Assembly: GCF_000981445.1 (NCBI RefSeq)
Contig: NC_027217.1
Span: 186,001-250,000, forward strand
Direction of reading: 5' to 3'
Length of the DNA: 64,000 bases
DNA from: Babesia bigemina
Taxonomy: Eukaryota
Made by a program: the position numbers and the translations under genes. How positions within the stretch are numbered: position 1 is the first letter of the stretch; each line of letters begins with the position of its first letter. Below, one piece after another: positions 32,262 to 43,870 of the stretch. The notes beneath the pieces were generated by a model, which was not told the origin of the DNA, made no database searches, and saw only the letters and a list, made by a program, of their open reading frames with translations.

Positions 32262-33766
32262 TTATAGACAAAGTAATGATTGCGTTGATGACCAATCACA
32301 TGAGCAGTGAGGTGACCACCTTACCCCCCTTCTCCCGAAGTCATCGCCGCCGCAGCTGGGAGTGAGGATGGAGGAAAGGGTAGTGCCAGTTTGTTGAATT
32401 TTAGGCAAATCACTTTCCCCGAATCCCATCCTGACTCTGCTCTTGTGGCACAGGTTGCACGGGTCGAAGGGGTGAGTCTCGAAGTCTGAGTCCCAGCCGT
32501 CAGTCAGGAAGGAATGGAGAGGGGATGGCGTCTTGATGTCACTGCCGTACTTACAATCCTGCCAACCACCACTTAGTTTGTCCCTCTCACACTGCGACTT
32601 GAGGAACTCCAACTGGTGGCAGCAGGCGTAGACGTAGTCACACAGCTGGCAGAGGAGACAGGCGGGGTCGGAGGAGTAACGAAGCCGACTATATTCATAT
32701 TTGAAGTCGAAGGTAGAAAACGCTTTGAAATCATTGTTATGCTTTATCTTGTAGATAACGGTGGCTGCGTAGAGGCACGCCTCGGTCAGTTTGGCGGTGA
32801 CCATGGAGGCGGTCAACTGGTCGGGATCCCCGGTGACCTCCAACGCATCTGAGAGCTCGGAGGCATCTTTGTTAATGTCCATCAAAATGCTCTTGAAATG
32901 CTCGCCAATCACCCTAATAAATCCATATTGACTCAACCCGACGAACCAGTGGAGCATTTCCCGGACGGTTTTGGGCGGCGGCAGATGGTCGGTGACTGGG
33001 ACTGGGGAGGGGGGTGGGTTGATTATATCAGTGGAGGAAGTGGAAGTGGAAACGGACCAAGGGTTAAGACATTCATCTCTGCCGAATGGAGTAATAACAC
33101 GTTCATCTGCCTCCCTTGGAGAGTCACGCGGCATCCCGGGATCGTCGTACCCCTCAAGTCCGATACGTTCTGGCGCAAAGTCCAGATTGAAATTAGTGTT
33201 AGGCAAACCGGAGAAGCCTTTGTCGTCTGAAGGCTTCAACTCGTATTTAAGGATATCGGCCGTGTTGGCATAAGGGTCATCTAGGTCCACGTCGTTAATA
33301 CTGCGATCTTCGTAATGAAATGTTTGGATGGAAAAATCAATATTAGGATCCTCTACACGGGGTGCAGGGGCACTAGAAATGTCAAACTGTGAATCCTTGA
33401 ACGCACGTATGCGATCAGCGTCTACTTGTGCAGCCTGCATTAATTCTTTTTGTTTGTCGTTTATGTGTTCTGATTCTTGTTTAAGCGCTAACAGTTTACG
33501 TTCACGTTGTGCATTTTGCGAATCTTGTTTCAGCTCCTCATTTTGAAAATTTAGGAGATCCTGCTCTTGGCGCTTAATTGTGAAACTATCCTCTAGTTCT
33601 TGTCCTTCCAGATGGTGTATGTCTCCGGCGTCTAGCGGAATGGCAGTCGGAATCTGGGATATGTCCACTTGCCCGTTAGTACCAACAACCGGGTGACCGG
33701 CTACACCAGCCATTGTTTTCATGATATTGTCGTTAAATGTAACGGCTGATGCGTATTCTACCGAAG

Positions 33767-33827
<61 letters not shown>

Positions 33828-36800
33828 TCCATAAGGTTTCGAGGTTGGTGGAAAACGTGACGTGCGAGGATCTTGTCTGAAAGCAGAAATAATGTTGCCT
33901 GTGAGTTCTGGTATCGCCAACGTCGCTACGTTACTATCTCCGACAATTTGAGTTGTCTGAAGTTCACTTGGGGTACCGGTTAAAGATAACATTTTCTCAA
34001 TAGTTTGGTCGTCAACCTTTGCTATGAATGGGTATTTCGATGGAATGTAGTACTGGTGTCCAGAATATTCGGGAAGCGCAATAGGTGGCAACAGAGAACG
34101 TTGCTTAGGGTTAGGAATAACCTGAACTTTAGGTTTCTGTGGTATGCTCAACTCAATGTTATGCACGCCTGGGAACGGCGTCATAGGTATTACACTTCCA
34201 CTCATGGATAAATCAAGTGCAGTCACTGAATTGTCATGAGGATGGCTGGTGGGGGAATATGATTCAATGGGTTCACTCGGAGAAGGAAACGGCTTGTGGA
34301 TTGTATGCGCTGGTGAGTGTGGATGTATCAATTTAGGATGCGGAACGGGGCGCCCTTTAAAATCTAATGTTGGTGTATGCCGCACAGGTTCCATTTGGGA
34401 TTCTGTTGCATCCCTTTGGTGTCCCCTAGGATAGTGTTTGGATACGGAAACATGCGGGAGAGTATTTGCTATAGGCGCAGGAAGGATGTCGTCTAATGTT
34501 ACGGTGACTGGCAATTTCGTCACAGCGTGGTCGTGTTTCGCAGTTAGATTCTTGGTTTTTATTGGTTCGAATACCGATAGGTCCGAGTCAACTAACGCCG
34601 ATTGTATGTAGTCGGTGGTGACACTTTGTGGAATGGCTTCACTTCCACCAATTGATATGTTCTTAAACGCAGGATCAAGCTGAGTGGGAACAGCGGGGTC
34701 GTGTTCTGTATACTGACGCGGGGAGACCACCGAATCACCTATAATTAGAGGGGGTGACAGCAATGGTGCTAATCTGTGATCCGGAACAGGCTTTACAATA
34801 AAATCCACAGCCTGGGACACAGATGGAGGCACATTTGGCAACTTATGCTGTGTAATCGCATAGCCTACGGGTGTTGCATTAAAGGCGGAAAAGTTTGCGC
34901 GCATAGAGCCAGGGAGGCCTTTGGAGTCAGCGGTCGGCATTCCAGTGAATACGTTGTCACGCAGATTGTTGCCGTACATGTCATGATATGTTTTGTAGAT
35001 ATTTTCAAATCTACTTGAATATTGGTGCCTCGGGTCGGCGTCAGGGTGCACAACGCTACCGTCAAGAGGTTCCGGGAATGTCACAGGATACGCCTGGACA
35101 GCATTTTCACCATCTACATAGGGCAGAGCATCCTGATACTGTTGAAGTCGATTATAACGTTTCAGGAGATTGTCTTTATGTTTACGGTTCACTTCTTCTT
35201 CAGCTTGCTTTTGTTGTTCATAATTCTGTAGTCGTATCTCCCTGGCTTTCGCCCTATCTAGCACATCTTGAGGTGGGGAATACTTGCCAAACTTAACACT
35301 AGTTGACTGCTGACCATTCCTGCCAGCACTTGTGACAGAAGACGTATCAGCGTTAACATCTCTCTGACCGTCTCGACCACTTCGTTGACCAGAGTCCACA
35401 GAAGCTGCCTGGCCACCCGGGCCCGGACCACTACCGGGAACAGAGGCACCAGATGGCGAAGAGTCTGAACTTGGAGACTTTTCTGCACTTCGACCCTTAC
35501 CCTGGTTCTGTGCTCCCTCCGCTTTCTTGCCCTGGTTCTGTGCTCCCTCCGCCTTCTTGCCCTGGTTTGGAGTTCCGTCGGCTTTGGTGGTCACAGGCTT
35601 TGCGGCCTCGGTTTTGGTGACTTCAGTATTTGGCCCAGTATCTGGAGCTGTCTTATTCTTCGGCACAACTTCCTTGGGGGCCTCGGGAACCTTGGCGGGC
35701 GGAGGCTCCACTTTTTTAGGCATCAGACCAGAACCTTCATCAACCAACTCTACATCTTCAGGCTCTTCTTTAGCCTCTTCATCATCATCGGGCCTTACAG
35801 TTGGACAGTGGTCACCTTCTAAAATCTTTTTCAACTTTTCCAAACCATCGTTCGCGCTCCTAAGTCCATTAATTACACCATCCCAGTCTGTAGTCAGAAC
35901 CTCATGCGGATTCCCCCATTTTTTAAAGTCATACCCATGAAACGTGAATCCGTAAGGCAAAAAGTGTTGGGTGAAATAGTCAGCAAGCGCTTGGGATTGA
36001 GCTGGAACAACAGCACTGCGCCGAAATGATTTTTTATTAATCTGTTTTGAGCTACCGATAGATTTAATCTTCATCAATTGCGTTTTCACCGCCTCCAAAT
36101 TTCTTTTAAACCAACTTGCCATCTTCTTTGATATATCTTGTGTTCTTAGCTTATTATATTCTCGTGCGTATCCGGTGAAGGAGTAGGCTTTCTGGTTGAA
36201 CAATTTGCTAAGTGTCCCTATAAGTTTTGTGCAGTGCTCCTTTAAGTCGTCCAAATTTATGCATCTATCTTTAGTATATAGGTGGTTCCCAAAATCTCTT
36301 TCCTCAACCTTTTCAAAAATTTTACAGAAATCTTGCACCAAGCGAAGGGCGTTAGCAACGTTCGATGTTTGGGTGCCGGAAGTGGCCAATACCGTAGTGG
36401 CATATACATCGAGGAAATAGTTTTGTATATTCGTCGCTTTGTTTAAAATAGATTTCAGGTTATCGGTCATTAGACTACCCTCGGCATAACCACCCTGATA
36501 ACCTTCCTTCAACTCACCTACAGCAAATCCTCCAGGAACAACACCGTAATCACCGCCCTTTTGCGTAATTAAGTACTTATCAATTTTAGTAGCACGTTTC
36601 ATGAGTTGATCAGGCTGGGTAAAAATTCTAGAGAACAGTGCAATCATCCCAACTTGTTCTTTCGCCCACTTCCCGCCCCCCAGTGCTTCAAAATTTACAT
36701 CCACATTGTACCTTAAAAAGTACAACGAGGAGAGTAATTTGGGAACGCAGTTGAGCAGAGCGTTGGTGACATTTTTAGCGCTTTTGTTGCCAGTGTATGA

Positions 36801-37040
36801 ACCGTTTGGAGAAGTGCATAATTTATTATAAAATTTTGATACATGAGTAAGAAATTGGGACAACGAGATTTCAATTTGCTTATGATCAACACTGCTGTAT
36901 CTATCCTTGAGAAACTTGTCTAGTCTATGGGCCACCAGGCCTTGCATACCTTTTCCGTGCTTGTCACTATGCAACCACTCCAAAAACTCCAAGCACTCCT
37001 TAAGGGTGTTGAAAGTAGGAACGCTACTTTGAGCCGCCAT
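32262..37040 (-). CDS. Large intronless ves-related variant protein, copy B (convergent with copy A)
   Basis: FNTLKECLEFLEWL N-terminus and the same domain order as copy A, with NQGKKAEGAQ repeats, a poly-Asp tract and an identical Cys-rich C-terminal block. Confidence 0.8.
32356..32671. repeat. 316-bp inverted repeat, right copy
   Basis: Reverse complement of 28610-28925. Confidence 0.9.
33768..33827. repeat. Perfect (ATC)20 microsatellite encoding 20 Asp in copy B
   Basis: Read directly. Confidence 0.95.
35496..35585 (-). repeat. 30-bp tandem units encoding KADGTPNQGKKAEGAQNQGKKAEGAQNQGK
   Basis: On the + strand, CCCTGGTTCTGTGCTCCCTCCGC(T/C)TTCTTG repeats with period 30. Confidence 0.9.
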
Positions 37041-37224
37041 CCTATCCACTTCCAGTCACCCACTAATCCACTCTTACAAAACACCACGGCCAGCTTCCAG
37101 GACTATGTGAACTGGGAAACACAAGAGTTAGCACACCTTTAATCCACCCTTACAAAACTCCACGTTCAGCCTCCAGGACTATGTGAACTGGGAAACACTT
37201 GAGTGATCACACCTCTAAGGTGAC
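37032..37224 (-). promoter_or_regulatory. Leader of copy B, homologous to 23917-24033, with an internal 76-bp-period duplication
   Basis: AATCCAC(T/C)CTTACAAAAC...CCAGGACTATGTGAACTGGGAAACAC at 37065-37122 and 37141-37198. Confidence 0.8.
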
Positions 37225-37944
37225 ACCGCTTAATACAGCATGGCAGACAACTAAGTGTGCTGGGTGGAAAGGCTGTGAAGTGATAAGCAAAGCGACAACG
37301 ATACGCATAATACTAATACAATGACAGACCTAAACCATTTTCCAAAATCCATGAACCATCACACGAATCCTACAGACATACCACTCACTTGAGGAGAGAA
37401 GGCGACGAGCCAAGGCAGCCATACTGGAGTGAGAGGGGGAAGGAAGGTGGAAATGCAGTATTACACATGAGGTAAGAGGTGGAAGTAGAGAGATAGGGAT
37501 GGATGTTTCTAAACGCTAGGTGAGGTTATAGGTTGTTGCTGTCAGGTGGACGGGGTGTGCCAGGCAGTGCCGTCGTATTGGTGGCGATCAATATCAAAGT
37601 GGTGATTAAATGTACAATTACTGTGATGAGTAGCATACAGGCAACTATGAGATCAAACGTAGAGATACCAAATTTGTTGTGCGAGCGGATGAAAAGCATG
37701 TCGAAGTGACCGAGGCAAAAACACAACACACCAACTCTGTTAATCCTTCCCAATTAGTCAATACTGATTCAATAGCATATATCGATATCATTCGTCAGCT
37801 TTGTGGGTACCCGCCAATACAAGAAAATTATGAAACATTTATTAATACGATTAGACAAGCAGTGTACTCTCGGTCTACAAGGTTGTTCTTTAAATGAGAT
37901 AATTTAAATTGTTGAAGTTAATTAATGACTGCTACGCAAAACGG

Positions 37945-38277
37945 TCATTTGCGGCCGAAACAATCGCGGACCCTGTGGAAAGGCCGGATGCGAAAGATGG
38001 TCATGATGCAAACGGCTAGTACGATGAGAAAAATAATGCAAGGGATGACGATGGTGACGACTATGTCTTCGCGCCCACAATAATCACACTCACAAGTGTT
38101 TTTACATACTATCCTACAGTTATCAGGGTTACATTTCAGTTCTCTTACCGCGGAGTCGCTAACTAATAATGCAGGACATTGGGAGCACGTATCGCCCTGA
38201 CATAATTCACAACACACGAAACAGCACCGACAGGTAGATATATTACATCCATTACGACAACTGCACTGATCACCCAT
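37945..38277 (-). CDS. Small Cys-rich single-TM protein (110 aa) with a FRIRPFHRVR tail
   Basis: QCSCRNGC...CRCC..CC..C...C..C...LKCNPDNC...CECDYCG, then a TM and FRIRPFHRVR. Cys pattern is collinear with 31757-32227. Confidence 0.75.
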   Translation of the reverse strand: MGDQCSCRNGCNISTCRCCFVCCELCQGDTCSQCPALLVSDSAVRELKCNPDNCRIVCKNTCECDYCGREDIVVTIVIPCIIFLIVLAVCIMTIFRIRPFHRVRDCFGRK

Positions 38278-39743
38278 ATTCCTCTCTCTACCTCCCCCTC
38301 AACCTATAAACCATGAATGACGTACCTCATCCTCGGACACCCACCGTCTCCCATCGGCGCTCAACCAACCGGGCGACCGCCATCTATAGCACCGCCTGTT
38401 ACATCGCAACGATGCAAATATCCCCCAAAACATATAACAGAGTCAACGCATGTTGATACTATCCTGGCCATGGCATGCAGGTCAACGGGCACCAGCTGGG
38501 CAGTCAACGGCATCCATTAGACAGTATGACGTAGGAAGTGCCCATTATAATTGTTTTCACATTTGTGTTTTAATGAGTGACCGAGTGATCCACATTGCTC
38601 AGTTAATACGTTAGTCATTTGCCCTGTTGCCATCAGTGTCACGTAACCACGCCAGCCACTGGCCATCACGTGGGAGACGCAGCGGCATCCATTGCCTAGA
38701 GATGCACATGTTATTACCATACCAACCACTGATCTAACAGACGATGCAAAAGTTCACCTAGCACTGCACTTGTCAGCTGCCTACGTTGGTCGATCTTCAC
38801 CCAGCGCAGCATTACACTGGCAAGGTTGGATGGCATAGACATGTCTCACAAGTAATGCATAACTAAACATCCCAGACTGACTCATCTCTTAAGTGGGTTG
38901 TACGAGCCATGTTATGCCTGGAAGCAGTCAGGCTTTTCTCACATCACGGTGCCATAGATTCTGCGGTAACACAACTAACCACTAGTGCTGTAATGCGATC
39001 CATCACAAGGCAAGTAATGACTAGATGAATGAGGTAATGATTATTAAATAACAAGTTGACCAATAGGGTGCTCGTCGAAGTAGTCGACATCTTTGTAGAG
39101 TGATAGCATTTTGCGGCCTTCAGTGAGTAAGACCTTGACGTCGATGCGGTGAGAGGCCTTGGTGTGCGGCCTTGTCGAGCTTGGACAGGGTTCTGTATTC
39201 TAGTGCGTCACATTTCACGCTGGGACTGCCGTCGACCGGCGCTTCATAGATCATGCCAGTTACACGATTCATCAAACCTACATCCGTATGATCCACCTCA
39301 TGAACAGTAGCGTCATGTTTGATTTTCTGCGCTAGATATTAACACGTACACTATGCAGATTGGATGCGATAAAGATTGAGTTTATAAGTGATACGTGCTG
39401 AGGTTAGTGCGCCATGCACAAATGTGGGCTGCATTTCTGTAGATATCAAGCTACAAATCTAGTTCCAAACTGCACTGATCCGTCATTCACCAGAGCTGCA
39501 AGGAAGTCGGCAGCGTGATTTAAAGTGAGGCCATACATACAACGTCTGGTAAACCAAGATAAATGGATTCGATGTAGTAACAATCAGGCGGCAAATTGCG
39601 CTATGAAAACAATAATATACAATTTAAGGAGCGTGCTCCATAATTCTATGAGCACTATTGCGCATTAAAATTGTATACATAAATACGGCCATCACCAGAT
39701 TTCAAGATGACAAATAACTGGTGAGTAGTCGTAAGACTGCCAC

Positions 39744-40706
39744 TCACTGCTCAGCGGATACCTGCTTTTTCTTCTGCTTTTTTTGGCGGGCTTTCTTGGA
39801 AACCTTCTTGGCAGCTTTCTTGGCGGCTTTTACAGCACTTGCCACTTTTGCAGCTTTTGCGATTTGTACAGGCTTTTCAACATCAACTTCAGGTTTCACA
39901 GGCTCAACGGATGGTTCAGCCGTTACTGAACATGCCTTAGTACAATCATAGAAGGCCCAAAATCCGGAGAGATCGTAGAATGTTAGCAACTCTTTCCACA
40001 CAATTGCCACAGCCGATGCAACATATACAGCGCTGGTGTTGTGGAGGCACTCTGAATCTTTGAAACCTAAAGCACTTAATACTTTTGCTGAAACATTCTT
40101 TTTATTACGCAAACCTGGCCAGCTATAATCATCATCGAAGCACGCATTTTCCAAAGAACGTATGCCTGCCCATATCATGGGCGCAATACCCACGAAGACA
40201 GCCGCACAATCCTCCGGCTTCTTTGAACACGATGCCTCCCACGTCGCTTCCGAACCATAAGCGGACTCATACTTGTCAGCGGTTGTTATTTTTTCCAAAA
40301 ACTTCTCAAAGCCATTTATAGCCGTACCTAATTTTTGCGCAATAGTTTGTGCACTAAGAGGCGTCTCCTTTACAACGTTCATATAATTACATTTGTCGAC
40401 ACCACCGAATAGTTTTTGCAAAAAGGTGGCCTTTTTGTTAATAGGTTTGTTGAATTTCGCCAGCATATGGCCTACAGACAATTGTTTCTTAAGCTCCGGT
40501 TGCTTGAGGAACTCTTTAGAAACGAGTTTAACTTTCTCGAGAGCTGGCACCTCCGTGTACCCAACAGGCTTGTCTACGAGAAAGTCGTAAAGGGCAGCGC
40601 CCATGGCAGCTAAGTTGTTTTCGGCGTCTGTTCCCTTGAGGGCTAACAGCCAGTCAATGCCCTCCTTGAGGTTGCGAGGAGCATCAGTCAACGAATTGTA
40701 CACCAT
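39744..40706 (-). CDS. Short ves-like protein (ves2/VESA1 N-terminal-related) with a Lys/Ala-rich C-terminal extension
   Basis: MVYNSLTDAPRNLKEGIDWL (ves-type N-terminus), YESAY..EATW...CSKKPEDCA..FVGIAPM and YDLSGFWAFY. Confidence 0.8.
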   Translation of the reverse strand: MVYNSLTDAPRNLKEGIDWLLALKGTDAENNLAAMGAALYDFLVDKPVGYTEVPALEKVKLVSKEFLKQPELKKQLSVGHMLAKFNKPINKKATFLQKLFGGVDKCNYMNVVKETPLSAQTIAQKLGTAINGFEKFLEKITTADKYESAYGSEATWEASCSKKPEDCAAVFVGIAPMIWAGIRSLENACFDDDYSWPGLRNKKNVSAKVLSALGFKDSECLHNTSAVYVASAVAIVWKELLTFYDLSGFWAFYDCTKACSVTAEPSVEPVKPEVDVEKPVQIAKAAKVASAVKAAKKAAKKVSKKARQKKQKKKQVSAEQ

Positions 40707-41823
40707 TTTGTAACGATGCGTTTGTTGAGGCGACTGCTATTGGTGTATGAAATGTTGTATCTATTTATGCTCTGAGCCCTTAAAGAGCTGTCTTAGAAAA
40801 GACACATAAGGGCCCTCGACATCTAAAACACACCAATAACGCACATATTAAGCGCATGCTACACGTACAATGGTCACGCGGTAACGCAGCAATGGCATAT
40901 CCGCATTTCGCAGCTCGCTTAGTATCATTGTGGCATGCAGCATCCTAAACGCATGTCATCGCAGTATATAAGTTCTATACGACAAGGGAACATAGTGGCG
41001 TATGATTCGTATTATGTCTGTATTGGCGCACCAGAACCTGACGTACGACAGGATGTAACAAGCAGATTAAAGGGTGTTCTCCTTCCAGTGGCCGCCACGT
41101 CGGAAAATACCCCTGTATCACGTGTTGCGTCGCCCAATTAGTGTGCCAGTTTGCATCCTTGAGCCACCGAACTGATTAAAATTATGCTACTGACTCACGT
41201 TAGAGATAGCTCGCTGCCCTACCTGGGGTGGCGCTCCTAAGACACCACCGATGATCGCTTATGGAGCTTCATACACCGCTGTGAACATGCTTATTACATC
41301 GCAACTTGCCACAATTATGTATACACAACAACTAAAAGCGTCAAGTTGCGTTGGGTGTTATGTCGGCCAAAGGGTTAGGTTTTATGCGACGTGAGCTGTC
41401 CGCGTTGGTGGGGGAAGGTGGAGTGTAAGCTTAACACCACGCCTGGGAGTGCGTAAGCTTGTTGGTACGGGCGAGATGGCTTTCTACTGTCCAGCACCGT
41501 ACATGCTATTCCCGCCCAATAGCTTCACAGGCCTCCGTGGGCGGTGTTGTCGAGGACAGAAAATTTCAACTTGTCTTTGGTAGCGCACATGACCGACCAT
41601 TTGTCCACTCCAAAGATAAGCAGCAAACTCATAGGGCAATGTGAGCCACTGCTCCAGACGCGGTTACAAAGTAACTCCAACGCACGTCGCAGTTTGCGGA
41701 CCAATTACTCAGGTGGCTGTCAAAGCTCATCGCAATTATACTGAACCGAGTGCGGGTTGCGTCGTGATGATCATCCGATATGTTGCGTATCTATTGTGAT
41801 TAGGAACGCCGCCATTTGGGAAG

Positions 41824-42243
41824 TTGCTTTGGTATCATTGGGTAGAGTTGGCAACACTTGGTGCAACATACGATACAGCCAGCGGTGTAGATGGATCTGT
41901 TATGACGAAAGTGATCAAACATAGGTATCATGCTACCGGAACAGGCATAACGAAGTGTATATCAGGCTATGTAAGTGCTATAACGTACGGCACCATGTTT
42001 ATAAATTTGTTGAAGGCGTTTGTCTACATCTCCTATAATGGACCGCTTGACACCATGGAGGCAGCTGTTAAGGAAGGCAATGCTGAAGCGTTGAGGAAAT
42101 CAATGATGCACATTTTTGTGGCAAGCACATTTCTCAGCCTTGTCTGTTATTGTGCCCTGTTTTCACACGCAACGGATAGGGTGTCGAGTGAACAGAAACG
42201 TTTGAAAAAAAGAGAAAAGGAAAGAGTGAGCAGTACAAGATGA
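41824..42243 (+). other. Possible membrane-protein gene fragment or pseudogene
   Basis: 139-codon ORF with a non-ATG first codon, two hydrophobic stretches and a basic tail. Family not recognised. Confidence 0.25.
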
Positions 42244-43108
42244 GAAATGGAAGCAAAAATTAAACGATCTCCGAAGGAACGACGCCTTCGCTTGACTAAT
42301 CGCCAGAGCATCAAAGTATGAGACGAAACGTTTTAAGTGTACAAGCTAACATTATTGAACATACCAGCAAACTTGTCCCTAAACCCCGCATATTGTTGCG
42401 ATACAGATACACACGACGCCATTCAAATACACAGCTTAGTCTCAACTAATAGCACTTTGGGTTACTCAGCAATAACCCGTCACGGACGGGCATATAAGTG
42501 CTTGCAAGTAATGTGGATACATGTATAGCTAAGTTCAGTTAACGCTCCGAGAAGCGTTCAAAAAAGCTTGCTGCGACTACTTAGAGCATAACTAATTATA
42601 CTAATTGCTGAAGACAGCGCGAGGAGTGTTTGCATTCCTCGTCATGACTGGTGTGTTGATGACGAGCAGGTCACGCAGGACGCCGCAGGCTTTGTAAGCC
42701 GCTCCTAGCGATTCATCGGCAGAGTTAGAATGTATACACATCGTTATAATTTGTATATACATCCGTTGTGTTCACATATCTCATCTTTGCCGAAATATTG
42801 TCTACCCGATGACTCGCGTTATGCGTGCCGCATGTCACGGTGATTGCCTACAACGGGACGTTATACGGCAACTTTATAAACTTCCTGCCTCAACCATTTA
42901 TCTGTTCAGCGTGTAGGCGGGATTTCTACTTTAGAAATAGACAGGTACACATCAGAAGGCAACGACACCGTTGTGCCTGTTAACCCTTAAACCGCAGCTG
43001 GAGTTAAGGCTGCCGGCTCCATAAGGGGCTGTATGCGAATTGGTTCGTAAATAGGCCAAAGTACATACATGTGCATATCAATCGCATAAATTGACGAATC
43101 TTATCAAG

Positions 43109-43870
43109 ATGGTGTACAATTCGTTGACCAAAGCTCCTCGCAACCTCAAGGAGGGCATTGACTGGTTGATAGCCCTGAGGGGAACTGAGGCTGACGACAA
43201 CTTGACGGCATTGGCTGAGGCGATTCACAACTTTCTCGTAGACAAGCCCGTTGGCAAGATGAAGGTGCCGGCTCTCGAGAAAGTAAAGCGTATTTCTAAA
43301 ACGTTCCTACGGAATCCGGATCTGGGGAATCTGTGGCCTATAAACGAGATAGAGGCGAGATTCGAAGCTCCTTTGAGTAAGCATCCCTGCATAATTGCCA
43401 AGCTTCTTGGACTCGTCGACTACAGCGATTATAACAACGCCGTGCAGGGCAAGCGTCTCACCGCTAAAACCATCGCAGAAAGGTTAGGTAATGCTGTGAA
43501 TGGGTGTGAAAAGTTTCTGGAAAATGTAAAAATACCCGAGCAGTATAAGTCTGCGTACAGCTCAAAAGCGACGTGGGCTAAGTCGTGCTCGAAAAAGCCG
43601 GAAGCTTGCGCTGTCCTATTCGTGGGGATTGCGCCAATGTTATACGCGGGCCTACGTTCTCTGCGCAAGGCGAGTTATACTGCAACCCGGAGAAATGCGC
43701 CGTTTACTGCGCATGATAACATGGGTAAAATATTGAAAGCCCTGGGCTACGTTGAGCCGGATTGCTTCACTGACATGAATGCGTCAAACGTATCCCTGGC
43801 GTTGAAAGGTTTGAATGCTCGGGCGTATACCATACTCTACGACCTCGCTGGATTCTGGGCTTTTTATTAA
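43109..43870 (+). CDS. Short ves-like protein, divergent paralogue of 39744-40706
   Basis: MVYNSLTKAPRNLKEGIDWL...YKSAYSSKATW..SCSKKPEACA..FVGIAPM...YDLAGFWAFY*. Confidence 0.8.
   Translation: MVYNSLTKAPRNLKEGIDWLIALRGTEADDNLTALAEAIHNFLVDKPVGKMKVPALEKVKRISKTFLRNPDLGNLWPINEIEARFEAPLSKHPCIIAKLLGLVDYSDYNNAVQGKRLTAKTIAERLGNAVNGCEKFLENVKIPEQYKSAYSSKATWAKSCSKKPEACAVLFVGIAPMLYAGLRSLRKASYTATRRNAPFTAHDNMGKILKALGYVEPDCFTDMNASNVSLALKGLNARAYTILYDLAGFWAFY

Noticed and set aside
37065..37198. Direct repeats as a CRISPR-like array
   Set aside because: Only two units in a eukaryotic gene leader and no cas genes; a simple tandem duplication.
39040..39255. Coding-like stretch on the - strand (IDVKVLLTEGRKMLSLYKDVDYFDEHP)
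   Set aside because: Could be a pseudogene fragment, but it is short and frameshifted and I cannot assign a parent gene.
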